From Trichoplax sp. H2 (Eukaryota), in contig NOWV01000022.1 in assembly GCA_003344405.1 (NCBI GenBank), forward strand, positions 682,001 through 746,000: a stretch of 64,000 bases of DNA. Reading direction: 5' to 3'. The translations under genes were made by a program, and so were the position numbers. Under the pieces are notes generated by a model. It was not told the origin of the DNA and made no database searches. It was given only the letters and a program-made list of their open reading frames with translations. How positions within the stretch are numbered: position 1 is the stretch's first letter; each line of letters opens with the position of its first letter. Positions 41,063-55,230 of this stretch are shown here, in pieces.

Positions 41063-42823
41063 GTTGGCTATAACAAGAGGCTACTCAGAAAATGTTTATA
41101 TTGTAAAAAATGTTGATATTGTTGATATAGTAAACTGATTTATTAAGCTTTACTGAATCGTTGGACGTATCTATAGAAAGCGATGAAATAAAGACGAAAG
41201 AAATCACGGGATCAGCACATTTCAAGTTTCTTTAACTTTATTAAAGATCTCTAGTACGATGAAGTTCTATTGTGATGATTAACGAGTTTATTGCTGTAAG
41301 GAACTGGCAGAGCAACGGTTCATGGAGTGAACTCAATACAGTATATAAGTCATGTCTGTGTTTAGCAGAAGTAATTATGTTGATATACAACAACTTTTTT
41401 ATGAACAGTCTTCTAGCATCACAGCATAAAATTGATTCTAAGGTTCAATGGAAATTGTTAATATCTTTTTATGATGTTTATAAACATGGTTTGAAAGTAA
41501 CCCTGATAGACTACGTTGATCTCCAAACGTTTACATGAAGAACAACTTCAGATCAAGTTCAGACTATTACAGTTATTGCCGTTTTAAGGAGATTGAAGCT
41601 TATGAGGTACGGCAAGATAAACTTATTTTAAAGCATGACAAGTAAAAGGCAAGAAAAGTGGCTGATTCTAATGATTGATCAAAGATTTAGTTAGGTAGTC
41701 TTTATCAGCAATGGAATGAAGTTAATAAAGCAAGTTAATACTGTGTTTTAACAATGTAACGAATAAATTATTGGTGAAGCACAGATATATTTTACTTTCT
41801 AATTAATGACTTTATCGGTTTAAGTATGAACTGCAGGTAATAAATCAACCTCATTTATACCGTGGGATTTTATATTATGTACCGTAGTAAATAATCTTTA
41901 GCTCCAACTATAGGACGCTTTTTACTCATTTCTGTAATAACAAATAAATATGTGTAACACATACGCCTATACTATATCTATAGGAAAGAATACGATTGCA
42001 AATTTTCAGCATTAATGAAAGTTCGAGCTCTAAGAAATTATTCCTCTGTTAGGTATCATACAAAGAAACAGACTGGATTTGACTTATGTTTCCCATGATA
42101 TTAGCCGTATCGCTATTGACTAATCAAGTGATATTTTTGCGTAAAATGAAGGTCAATGAATTAACGTAAATGAGTATATTACTATTATTAAACTCGTTTT
42201 ATGATAGCCGTTTGCAATAATGTACAGTACTGTATTTAATGCCTCCTTCCAAACAAAAATATAAAAATTTTTGTAAAAGTCTTCTTCTAAGTCGAAGTGA
42301 ATTTAGTGTCCAAAGTAACTTTCGGGAGTATCTTGTAACCATTTAGAGCACATTAAGTTTACTACAAATACAAAAATAATTATTAACGCTGTCGAAGGTA
42401 GGTAGGATGAATTACAACAAGCGATATTTACTAGAGAAATTTTAACTATAATAGTTTCCAGGGATTTAGTACAATAGAAGCATGGCATGCATCACAGATT
42501 GAAAATTACGACATGTACATAGGCCAATATATATAATGCACATGTATATACTGTATGTGTAACGTGCAATTAATTCCTATAGATGAAACACCATCTGATA
42601 CAGATTAAATGCGTTATTCAGTCTCTAATCCACTTTATATCAATTAAGGATTTAAAATTGTTGTCTATCATGATACATAGATCGTAACATCGTGAATACT
42701 ACATTGTCAAGTCTAAATAGTAACGCCAATACAATATTTCGAATTCAATGTGAGAAATTTAACTTTAAGAGAGGAAATATAAATAAATTTACATCTCATA
42801 AAAAGAATTCAATCCAAACGTCG

Positions 42824-45471
42824 TTATAACGTCAAGGAGTCTAATACGGCACCTAAATTTTCAACTGTTACGGACTGCGATTTCAATTCCTACAGCAGAA
42901 TAATCCGATAAAGGAGCACATTACTATACAAAAATATCATAACGAAGGCTTGTCATTGGCAATTAAAGGCCATTTTTCTACCTGATATTTTTCCATGATT
43001 TGCGCAGATGCCCATGCAGCATATCTAGAATTATCTTTTTTGGATTTACTGCTAATTTTCTGTGATTGTAGTAATTGAGACGAAGCCTATATACCAAGTA
43101 ATTTTACAAACTGAATTTATCCACGTTGCAGTAAAGCTATTCCTAGGGTATACATATATATATATATATTGTAATATACCGAAATACTTCAAAAATTACC
43201 ATGAAAAATCCATACAGAGATCTCATATTTTTACTATTCAATTTCAACGACTGAGCGAAATACTTCCTTGCCGATTCTATGTTTTCGATTCCATTCATAG
43301 TATAATAAATCTGAAAGATAGAAAAAAGAGTTATTTTTCCATCAACCAAATTTATAACATCTTGCTACGGCACGCTAAAATAGACAAATTTTGAAGTATC
43401 ATGCAAATACCTCTGCACATCTTTGATAATAATAGTGATTATAAGGACTCGTAAGGATGAGTTCTTCCATACAAAAGGCTGCCTTGGAATAACTAAAATT
43501 ATTTCCGATTGAAAAATAATTTTTACATAACGTGCAATATTATAAGAAATTTTTCTATAATCAGTAACCAATACGATGCAAACTTACTCCATAAGGCTTA
43601 TATACAAGTCAGCCAACTCCATCCAAGCTTCTTGATCAGTCATAAAACTGAAAAATTATAATAATAAGGCTTTATAGTTCATGACTAATTTAATGTATAT
43701 GACTTTTTTGCAAGTAACGCTTAGTACACATTATCAATACTCACGATTCCAGGTAATAATTAAGATGTGCAATAGCGGAGGCTTGATCTCCAATGGCTTT
43801 GTATATAGCTACCAGTCTTTTTCTTGCCGGCTAAAGTTGCAGTGACATCAGAATTATATTTTTTATCGTAGCTGTTACTAAATAAATATCGACATAACTT
43901 GTAACAATTATAATATCAATGTACAGTATGCAATCGTATTAAGTACTATGCAATGCAAATTCATTAGGTGTCATATTTTACACAAATCATACAAATATGA
44001 TATCTTAAATAAACCTACCGCGTTTGCTTTATCACGGGATAAACATTTCAAGTATACTTCTTCTGCCTCCTTAAAACTAAATGATATCGATAGAAAGTTA
44101 TATCAATAATGATCCTGGGGCTAGATAAACTATTCAGAATTTATTTTAGACATTACACTCGAATACATTAGCATGCATTTACATATTCGAATTTATGTGT
44201 ATTTATTATACACAAATAACAGTTTTATACTGTAAAGATGGTATGCACTTGTCAGTCACTGCTATATAGTACGTACTTTCCAGTTGCCTCTAGTGCCATG
44301 GCTTCAAGTTTATATACACGGGTACTTTTTGGAAATTGCCGTTGCAAAGCTTCTAAACATACCTAAGAGTAGATTTTAGCGATGATCTAGTTATCGATCG
44401 AATCGTCATAGTCAGAAGTAAATGCACTTGTGAAATATTCTAATAGGTTACATACCTCAGCTAAATCTTCTCTCCCACAGTCTAACGCGGCAATAAATAC
44501 TTGTTCGTAAATGTTCCAAACTAAGAGTCCATGTAGTATGTTGAATGTATCAATGGAATAATTCATATTAGAGATGCGCAACACACTTAAAAGATATTTG
44601 CATTACCAATAAATGTACCGTACTATTACTGGAGGTGGATAATAATAATTATTATTCGATAATGGCTACAGCAAGTTATTTATTTCCTGACAGAAATTCT
44701 AATCACAGTAGTAGTCAATTAATTTAAAGTTTTGTAAAATTTAGACGATGTGCATTACTACGTATTAAGGTCGGGGTAGTTATTATTATTAATTGACGTC
44801 ATCAACCGGTACAAAGCTATGCAAAGGTACTGCCTCGACCTATACACTATTTCGCTCTATCTCTAGTCTAGATTGTGTGCATCTAATAGTAATCTATATC
44901 CGATTGATCGATAAGAGAGATGTTCATTTATTCTACCGTTGAATTGTACTGCAGCAACTTATGCACTCAACCGACTCATCGAGCAAACAAGAAGTTGTAT
45001 CAGCGCTTTCAGTTAGCGCTGCTTGATACTGCGCTCGTCTCTTGTCCTGTATCCATGATCGATCGTTGTGACTTTTATTTGACAAGACTAGGTTTCAAAT
45101 CAGAGATGAAATTGATGCTATAGCGTCTGTATGGGTTATTTTTCTTATTCTTTATGAGCTTTTTAAGTCAATAAGCGATGCAAATAAAGCACCCATTCAG
45201 CCCACCAAGATACATTACAGTAGTGACAGTAGTCAAGACGCGTTCTGTACTATACAGTACAGAACGCGTCGGCATAAAGAGTACGAAATACTATGGCTAT
45301 AATTAAGATAGTTGGCATGGCTCACTTACTTTCCTTTCCCAATTTACTTCGATAGTTTGTAATTAAGTGTTCTCCTAATTCTACGACATCATCACTGGCT
45401 CGAACGTTGTCTTCTCTAAACTTTTTTAATGTTTCCATGGCGCTTCTCCAGTCGATCGAGGAGAACGCCAT
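42824..45471 (-). CDS. EMC2: ER membrane protein complex subunit 2 (TTC35, TPR protein); exons 45471-45330, 44520-44456, 44362-44277, 44076-44019, 43830-43745, 43647-43588, 43492-43411, 43310-43200, 43086-42982, 42889-42824
   Basis: [79 protein letters not shown]...RSLYG. In-phase GT-AG introns. Confidence 0.96.
45237..45270. repeat. Perfect 15-bp inverted repeat (4-nt loop) in EMC2 intron 1
   Basis: GACGCGTTCTGTACT-ATAC-AGTACAGAACGCGTC. Confidence 0.92.
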
Positions 45472-46315
45472 TGTCCTAGCCTTGCGGTAAAGAAATGTGA
45501 AGACTACAGTCTACAGTAGAAAGCAGTACAGTATGTACCGTCGACTGGACTGAATGGACGGCTGGACGTAAGATACTCAGCAGGAAGGAAAGAAGGATGT
45601 GAACAGTTGGATCCAAAAAAGGTGCAAGTTTCTCATTTTCTGGTCATTCTACTGTCCTCTACTACTGAAAGTATACAGTATACAGTACTATACAACGTAA
45701 AATTACCTGACAGACAGGTCGACAACAACCGTAGACCGTTTGCAGCACATACCTGCTTTACTCCTTAAAATGTTAACCTTCATTATTTATGAGTGATGGC
45801 CCATGATTGTACTGATGACAGTTTATCACTGAGTTATACAGTACAGTAAGATTGAATATAAACTTCAACTTGATCGGTGTTGCTACTGACTCAGTTGCAA
45901 TGACAGTCATGTTCTTGCTGATTCTTAGGAGTACAGTATAGAGTAGTGACTGCCCGATTGGTACTGCGATTAGCACCGAATCCGATCCATTTTTTACTGT
46001 ACCTTTAATGTAGTCGGTCAAGCGTTTAAATTACAAATACAATAAATGTATCATATCATTTTGTATTGCAACGACGAAAGTAATCAAGAAATCATCTCAT
46101 TCATACAGTATATCGTCAGAGATTATTCTCTAGCTAGTTAGTGGACTCCAGTGACACAGCCAGCGTTGTTGATAATAATATAATGTTTAATGTTAGCGTG
46201 TGAAGAAATTGAGCTTGATTGCCCACTTGGGGCGAGTTGGGGGTTATCCTGATTTAGGCATGAGCAAGTGGGCCGGACCGGACCAGGTCTAGCCTGAGGT
46301 CTCAGGTCACCCATT

Positions 46316-46460
46316 GTACAGTATGCAGTACGGTAAAGTACTGTACAGTGTACAGTACTGTGCTGTACTGTACAGTACTGTACTGTACTGTACTGTACTG
46401 TACTGTACGTATACAGTACTGTAGTACTATGCTGGATATACGTACTGTACTGTACTGTAG
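46316..46460. repeat. (TACTG)n microsatellite with inverted copies, EMC2/DIDO1 divergent region
   Basis: Six perfect TACTG units at 46376-46405, embedded in GTACAGTACTG-type palindromic variants. Confidence 0.95.
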
Positions 46461-47104
46461 GCATTGTTCTAGTTTTCCCGCGGTTGTACTGTAGACTACA
46501 CTAGCCGATTTCATTGTGCCAGAGAGCATCTTGGCTTTTCACTACGTTTTCTGTAGCGTGGCGATATGTCTGCGACATTCTACTCCTTCCATACCGGTCC
46601 AACATTTTGAGCGTGGATCGAGCTACTCCATAGGGTGACCTGCTAGTATGAGTCAGGCGGTACCGGGTGACCCACAACGAGTATGACCTGTATGTACACT
46701 ACAGCGTCGTCGTGACCACGCATCCGCATGAGTTGTCATCCACTGAGTTGTGTCAGCAGAGTCTGCAATCCTATGTCGTAATCCATAGCTGACAACCTAG
46801 TGAAATACTTCAATATTGCGCCACCTGGCTGCCTCCTCACTCAAGAAGTTGTCCAGTCAAGACAGGTCCATGTTGTCTTGGAAGCTTTAACCGGTTACCT
46901 GGCCTGACCGTTGGAAGCATTTTGCATACAGTTAGTGATTGGATCTTTTCTACCTAAAAATTCACGATATCAAGTTGTCTTTAATTGGAAATTACACTGT
47001 TAAGACTCGATAGAACGTTTCTATCCATCGATGCAGACAAGATTGTAACCATATCGAAAATTTCGAAATAGTTTCAATCGACAAACTGAGCGATCAGTCT
47101 ATTC

Positions 47105-50100
47105 ATGAGCCTACGCACACGCAGTGGTAGCAAGGTGGACAACCAAAAGAAGAAAAATGTTGGCCAACAGACTACAAATAGTCAAGATAGCAACATTAAC
47201 AATCAATCCAAGCAACCAAGCATGATTTCAAACAACAGTAATAGTAATGACAATAGTGTAAAGCAAGGTCATAGCTATGGTACTCGGCGAAAAAGGAAAA
47301 TGGATGCAGATGCCGAGCTGAAAGCTCACTCATCAAGCCATAATTGCTCTACAGGAGAGACAAGCCTTGATCCAGCGATCGATAACAACAGTAATCCAAC
47401 ACCTACCATGATTGCAAAACAAGCTCAAATCAATACTACAAATGCTGATAAATCATCTTCAAATCATGCTCAACAACATTTATACTGTATCTGTCAGAAA
47501 CCACATAATCGAAGGTATCAAATCTAGTTTTAATCGATCTATGATAGTCTATAGTCATTTGGTGGCTCTTTTCCACACTGCAAAGAGTCATGATACATGT
47601 GGAAGGAGAAACCCATCGAGATTAACATGATATTATTTATTATTACTGTTCGTTATGATGACAGTATCATTAACAAGAAGTTTATCAATATCCATACGAT
47701 CCAATACAATAATCGTTATCAACATTCAGCAAAGTTTAGATACATACACTTACACCTTAATAGTTAAGCATAGAAAACAATCCCTTGTTATGTTCATACA
47801 GGAGATTTAAATGAAAGAAAAGGAAAACAAACCAATATACAGTACTGTACAGTACTGTTGATATCATGCATGATCAAGATATTGGAGTAATGATATAATG
47901 ATAAACTAGGAGTTAGATAATTACTTAAAGATATTGTATCCATTAACTATTTTAAAATAGATTTATGATTTGTTGCGATCGATGCGAAGAATGGTATCAT
48001 GGCTCATGTGTTGGCATTAATGCTGTAAAAGCTCGCATCATGGAAGAACAGAAAGAAGACTTTATTTGTACAAAGTGTCTCCAAACATCAAACCAAGTTG
48101 ATCCCCTTCCAATCCAAGGTAATACCTTATCCATCGCCGTCTAGAATGAATTAATACGAAAATTATATTATTTTTAATTTATCGATGGATTGGCTGTATT
48201 AAAAATGGTAAACTTTGTCATAGCCATATCTCATTCGGTAATGGAAAAATGGCAAAGTATGTTTTAGTCAAATGGGTAATTTTACATGCCATACGAGGAG
48301 GATGAAAAGGATAGCTAATGTTATAATTAAACCAACAAGGACTACTCGAAAGACAGTATATTCCTATTATTGAGTAGATGTTAAGCTCCTTTGGTAGTAC
48401 TGGTCTACATCCTTTGTTATCGAATATGTTGTAAATTGATGAAGATAACAGCCAAATCATCGTACATTTACTGTATATTTTACTTTAAGCATGATTAGCT
48501 CATATTTGCATTGCTACCTTCATCATCCAATATCGTATAAAATCGTCTACGAATACCTACCAGCACGTACACTATATCATACTAACATACTGAGAAGTAA
48601 AGTCGTTTATAGTCAGTCTGTAACCAAATTAGTTAAAGTTTTGATGACGCTTTAGTATTCGACTAACTTATACAAAACATTAGCGATATTTTCAAATGTA
48701 AAAATGATATTGTAATAAATACCCCAATTTCAAGATCAAGCGATTCTACATCAATAACCTATGATTTAAATTTCAGTATCGCGAAAAGATGATCAGGCCT
48801 CTCAAGATATTCCTAACCAAGACATAAGTAAGAGTACAGATGATGAGTTGCCAAAACTTGCTCATGATAAGGTAGGAAAAGATCATCCATCTGCTACTGT
48901 ACTTGATTACACATCATTTTCTACAATAATACATTACAATTATTCTTTCTTTTCACCTGTTAAATAGCCAACGGAACAAATTCAACCAGTTCCAACGGTA
49001 ATAGAAAAGATCGATGAACCTGAACAGACAGAATTAAGATCAAGGTTAGTCAGCAACCAATACAGTTATCCATTCGCTACGATCTCAGATACCTTACATT
49101 ATATGCTGTCAATTTTATAAAGATTACTGTATTATCGCATACGTCTACTAAGTTAATAAAAATTTGCTTTTTGTTTATGTTTGTATTACAATTGATTTTC
49201 ATAAGATCTATATATACATTGCTATAAAAACGTCATTATCACTTTATAGCTTCGTGACGCTTATGTAGTCTTTGCATACCGTTTAAGCAACTCTGATTCT
49301 TAAAGAGTCAATCCCTAATACGAGTATATTGACATAGGTAGTATAATTCGTATTTATGTTCGATATCATTAAATATCCTTCATTGTTTCTTGTCCTAATT
49401 TCGTTACAAGTATGAGGAATCGGAAAAGTAACAAAAGAAAGAGTATTTCTGATAACCACAAGCCAACTAAGGTAAGACGACATTCTCCAGAACTTTTAAT
49501 AAAATTTATAAATGAGAATACTACTTTAATTATTGTCGTCAATTGGAAAAAACTCTAGTGGCAGTAGTAACATCATGTTGCAAAAATTGTAGTTACCGAT
49601 CTTACTGGATACTATAATAGCCATATTACAATAACCTCCTTATAGATAAAGAGTCAAGCTGAAGAAGAGAAAGTTGATCAACTGACAACATTATCTAAGA
49701 TGGATTCCGAAAATGATCAAGTTATTGAGAAACATATAAAAAAAGTTAGACAAGCTAGTACGAGACCTAAGGTAAATTTCAAAAGTGATCAGCCTAAAGA
49801 ACAGACAAAACTTGATCATGTAGTTACAAAAGTTAGGATGGATACCGAAAGTGATCAGGTCAAGGGAATGCAAACAGCTTCAGATCAAGTTACTGCTAAG
49901 TCTAAGGTGAAATCCGGAAATGATCAAGTTAAGAGTAAACAAACAAATTCCGATCATGTAATTGCAAAATCTAAAGTGGAATGCGAAAATGACCAAGTTA
50001 AGAAAAAACTGATAAGATCCGATCAAGCGATCACAAAATCGAAAGTGGAATACGAAAATGACCAAGTTAAGAAAAAAACAGTAAGATCCGATCAAGCAAT

Positions 50101-53100
50101 CATAAAATCTGAAGCCAATATTGACAAGAATCAAGTTAAGAGAAAATTGGTGAAATTTAAAGCGGATTCCGAAAATGATCAGATTAAGAAAAAACCGGCA
50201 AAATCCCAGCAGACAAATATAAAGTCTAAAGCGGAATCTCAAAGCGATCAAGTTCAGATAAAGCATACGAAATCTGATCAAACAATTGCAAAACCTAAAG
50301 TAGACTCTAAAAATGATCAAGTTAAGGGAAAATACGCAAAGCAAGATCAAGTAATTACAAAAACTATAACTGATCCTAAAGATAACAGAGTCAAGGGAAA
50401 AAAAGATTTACGTGACGGTGGTTAGTCAACTGATATTTTAATTGAATTTTTTAATTCGGTTATGTTATCTGAAATATCCGAGAACTATTTGTGTAACAAA
50501 TAATTTAGACGTTATCTAATTGTAGGATTTAACTATAAGTTGTTAAAAATGTACACATATCATACATAATAGGGAGGAAATCTGTGAAAACTACAGGGGA
50601 GCTGCATTACGATAGTCCTGTCAGGGAAAACATCTACAAAGCTTTCCGAGATATTTTGTCAAAGGTTGCGGAAAAAATTGCTATCCAAATGAGTGTCGTC
50701 AGTAAACTGTCGAAAGATATCGAGGAACAATTATTTAATTTGTTTAATGACACTGGGTCTCGCTATAAAAACAAGTATAGAAGTCTATCGTTTAATTTGA
50801 AGGACGAAAAAAATAAGGTAATATTCATTCTGAGTACTATTATCACTTTCGCTGTAATACTTATAACATTAAGTAGAAAAGTAACTCATATTTTTGGTAC
50901 AGGCTTTGGTCGAGCGGATTTTGCACGGTGATATATCGCCTTCTAAGCTTGTCAGGATGACCTCTGAAGAACTAGCAAATAAAGAACTTGCTCAGTGGAG
51001 AGAAAAGGAAACCAAAAAAGTATACATGTAGTCATAAAATGTTTATCAGTGATAACTCTACGATATCAGTACTATATAATTCCTGTATTTTATGTTATTA
51101 TTATTTAGAATATTGAGATGATCAAACTGGCACAAACGGAAAATGTTGTTACCGTACTAAAGAAAAATCATAAGGTAGTTAGATATTATAAAATTTTACT
51201 TGTCACCAGTTTTAAATTTAATTATTTTACGTATATGATAGGGGGAATTCGTCGTAAACGATGAGAAATTTGCTCCATCTGAGGTAAAGGACGATCATTC
51301 CGCTATATGCAGTAATATTTTTAGTACGCGGATGATAGTATTGAGGCAACGTAATGGTTACACATTTCGTAGTATACATTGACTATCGTACTTCAGCCCA
51401 ATTGGAGACTGTTGAATATCCCATACTTAAAGTATATTTGCTATTTTAGCCTACAGAGCCGATAAGAGCTTCATCAAACAGTGATAGTGACAATAAAATT
51501 GATACTACAGTTAATCACGACAAACATGTCTTCGATGTTGACTGCAAGATATGCATCGGTCGGATAAAACCAAAGCATGAAGTTCGAATTAATACAGTGA
51601 AATCAATAGAATCAGATATTTCTGGCCCATCTTTTAGCGACATGTGAGTGATTTCTTAATTAATTAACAGTGAGTACTGTAGGCACTTTTAATGATACTT
51701 CAAAATTATTTAAACGAAACTATAGGAATCTTACAGCCATGACAGAAATAAATCAAGAACATGATGATAATGATAATGATATCTTCTACAATGATGGCAA
51801 TGAAGAATATATGAAACTGTTAGTATTATTCAGTAAATTTAACTGCTACTTTTTCACTTGTAATTAGATGATTTACTTTTGGCTCACAGTGATAAACTGG
51901 CTATGTTAACATTAGTTTATTGTAAGATTGCCGGTTTCATCTTTTTTATTCCTATATCCTCAACAGGGACGGAAGTGAAGATCAGTCAATACTAAATAGT
52001 GATATTGTATGGTCTGGTATGATTTCCATGCCAGGTATCGCAGAGTTTACGGCTTCGGCATACATTGCTCATGGTTTAAGTGAAGACGTAATAGAGGTAA
52101 CCACAAAGAAATGGATGATACATTTAATACATATTTATGGTGTAAATTTGCACCTGTAGTAAGCAAATTCTTAAAAGATACATGGCTATCACACCTCTGA
52201 ATGTATGTTTATTGCAAATTTCTAGCTATTACCTTCTACTCTGATGGTTCATGGAAGACTATCTCTGGCTACAATGTGGAACTACTATGAAGAAATCTCT
52301 CAGTTGTATTCTAAAGTATTATTTTATATACTTTTCCTAGTTTTATATCTTTGTCATATCTGTTGTGAATGGTTTTAGTGATTTCGAAATATTTTCTTTC
52401 TATAGGATATCTTTGTGTTGCGTATAAAAACTATTAACAGCGATGAGCTTGCTGGCTATATTTCATTGCATTCGTATCTAAGTACAAAGAGCCGATGTGC
52501 AGTTATTGGTAATTGTCCGAAAATTGTAAAGGATATGTACTTAATTCCTGTTACCTCCAATTGTCCGCTACCAGGAAGTTTTAAAGGACTTCTAGATTCC
52601 AGTAAGTTTGATTTTTCATTCTGATGTAATTATCGTTTCATTACATCTTTATAATCTATTAAACTGAATAACGCTAATTTGTAATGTAGGTATATTGCAA
52701 TGTGAGCGATGTATGCTTGCCATGATCATTAGTCACAAAAGGGATCCTGTACAGAACATATCTACTTCGCCTACTAATATCCAGACAAGTAGTAGGGGCA
52801 TTTCATCAGTAAATGATGATGATGATGCTGATGATGATGATGATGATGATGAACCTTATGATCCAGGTGCTGCATTACCATATGACGATGAATACGATGA
52901 AATGGCTAACAAGGAAAGGGAACTAGACGATGATGAAGTTGCATCCCCACCACCTATCAGTTACCCATCGGAAGTGAAAATAAATGTACCTAGCGAAATT
53001 GAAAGTCAAAGCTCAAATACTTTTGAACTAAATAGGCCAAGTAGTGATAACGAATTACGTAATTTAGGAAATGAGTTAATAAACGAACGAAGTTTGCCTA

Positions 53101-53513
53101 GCCAAGAAGAAATTTGGAATCGCAATGAACAATCAGATTATACAAGTTATGATAAGGGTGGTATGCGTTCAGATTTTTCAGATAGAGGACGACAATACAT
53201 GAATGAAGACTTTAGACCTGTTGATAACGAATATCATCATCCTTCCGATCATTATAGTATGATAGATAACAACCAATTTAGACCACCTCATCCACAATGG
53301 CGAGAATCCTTTGTTCCACATCGGTATCACGATTTTGTGCCTCATCGTGCTGCACAGCATCCTGAATATCATGGTGGAAGGATGGGACCTAATTTTCATC
53401 CAAATTTCGATCGTCGTCCTCCCTATCCTGAAATGATCGACCGTAATAGATGGCCTAGAGCTATTGCAACATATCATCGGAGGAATCGTGGTGGCAGAGA
53501 TAGGCGATTTTAA
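47105..53513 (+). CDS. DIDO1: PHD + TFIIS-central + SPOC domain protein (DIDO1/PHF3 family); exons approx. 47105-47514, 47961-48118, 48777-48871, 48968-49044, 49411-49471, 49646-50420, 50573-50817, 50903-51019, 51109-51174, 51242-51283, 51450-51643, 51726-51818, 51967-52096, 52226-52315, 52406-52601, 52690-53513
   Basis: PHD finger LYCICQKPHNRRFMICCDRCEEWYHGSCVG; TFIIS-M domain YKNKYRSLSFNLKDEKN...KLVRMTSEELANKEL; DTTVNHDKHVFDVDCKIC; SPOC domain IVWSGMISMP...VHGRL...KDMYLIP; EPYDP and an R/P/H-rich tail. Probably co-orthologous to DIDO1/PHF3/SPOCD1. Confidence 0.92.
49690..50400 (+). repeat. Coding tandem repeat, ~69-bp (23-aa) period, Lys-rich
   Basis: KSKVECENDQVKKKLIRSDQAIT / KSKVEYENDQVKKKTVRSDQAII at 49966 and 50035; more diverged NDQV/SDQ units occur throughout the exon. 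Confidence 0.9.
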
Positions 53514-55230
53514 TTATATTTGAATAAAGGAATATTAAAAATTGATTGACCATAATTATTATTGCCTTTAGTTAAAATGTTAATAATACTTTTTCTGTAT
53601 CATACTTAAAATTACGCTATTGTGCGTAGTTAGATTTTAATTTTCGGTAGCCATTTATCGATCTATCTTGTTGATAGAGTTGTAGGATGGCAGTCTTAGA
53701 GATCTCTTAAGTACACGGATAATACTTTGATTCGGTAATTTTTTAAGCAAGTTATTCAATATAATACTTGCATTACAATTTTATAGCACTTTTATTATGA
53801 TGGAGGTATTTTAACATCCAAGAGGGAATTCATTGCTTGAATGAGGGAAACGATTTTCATCCTTATAGGCTGTTAGTTGAGGCTACTAGCACAGTAGCTG
53901 CAATTTACCCTCGTATTTCGAGAATTGCATTGGTTTCGTAGAAAGTAATTCTATCTTCTGTATTTGGTTGAACGTTCATAAAGTTATTTGCTTAACAATT
54001 TTATTTGCTAAACATGATGATAAACTTGTAATAATTAGTAACGATCTTTTATGTACACTCATAATAATATAAACTTAGTACTCGCTTGATTTGGCTATAT
54101 TGACCGATCTACGAGTTGTAGTACTAACAGTGTTGTAGTGGAAAATCTTTTCCGATAGTACTATCGGTTACTACTGTATAGTTCACTTTATTGTGCAGTA
54201 ATAACAGTGCACAAAATTTGACGTAAATCTAAAGCGTATATGCGATAATATTTATATGGACTATATCTGATTTCTATCTTCGTCATTGTTGGTGTTGTAG
54301 CTTGCTCTATAAGATAAACCGGTTTACAGTGCCGTTGTACTGGAGTGAATATATTTCCAACTTATCTCCTGTTTTAAAAGGCTATAAACTAAGACACTGT
54401 AGTGGCAAAAACGGTTGCTTATATATAATTATCGGTGCCCGTATACGTTGTAGATAATAAGCAGTGTCTTAACGTCATTCAATGAGATCCATTTTTTTTA
54501 TTTGTATCTGTAAAATACAGAAGAATACCGCTATATACGTATACGATATAAAATTTCTTTTAGATGTATCGCTATAAGATGAGAAACAGCAATCGCTACT
54601 TCATAATTATTTAATGTTGTATTAACTATAAATCCGTTTGGATTTAACGTTGTAATATTCTTCATGAAATAAAGAAGAAACTGTATTTAATTTTATCATC
54701 TATATTAAAGGTCTGTCATTTCGCGAATGAGTTTAATTTAATCTCTAAGTTTGCATGTATACGTGTATGTCCTTTTAATCGTAACCATTAATGTATATAC
54801 AAGAATTACGTATATACGTATTTATCTTTGCCTAGCATATAGCAGTATACCATAACTCAATCGGAAAATAATTTCTGCTCTTCGTTTACATTTTATTATG
54901 TAGATTTATAATTTGCCCTATTACCCTAATTCTATGTACTTTAATTTAAGTGAAGCACACTTTTATAGTTTATACATGACATCTATTGTAATATATGGAG
55001 AATAAAGTCCGCTAGGAAATATACTACCAGAAATTAGTCACTTAAAGATAGTTATGAGTGTACTGTATAAAAGCAGGTGTTTAACATGGCCTTGGAAACG
55101 CAAATTTTTATGTATCAAGAAATGCAAAACCATATTTTTAGGTAAAATTATAACAGCAATTTTTCTTGTCACAAATGAAAATTTTAGCTTTATTGATTCA
55201 ATACAAATGGATAAGTAGTAATTAGGCATG

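Noticed and set aside
41883..41932. Exon-like segment on the minus strand encoding MSKKRPIVGAKDYLLR between TRMT11 and EMC2
   Set aside because: The only in-phase downstream acceptor I found gives a stop after a few codons, and no homology was recognised.
46138..46529. ORFs with STVQY/TVLYC repeats (also 15705-16137, 27160-27342, 56691-56988, 60897-61079)
   Set aside because: These are translation artefacts of the stop-free (CAGTA/TACTG)n repeat.
49880..50350. Long antisense ORFs (also 19879-20130, 20987-21388, 23283-23666, 53178-53477, 58145-58633)
   Set aside because: They are shadows of real coding exons on the opposite strand and have no independent motifs.
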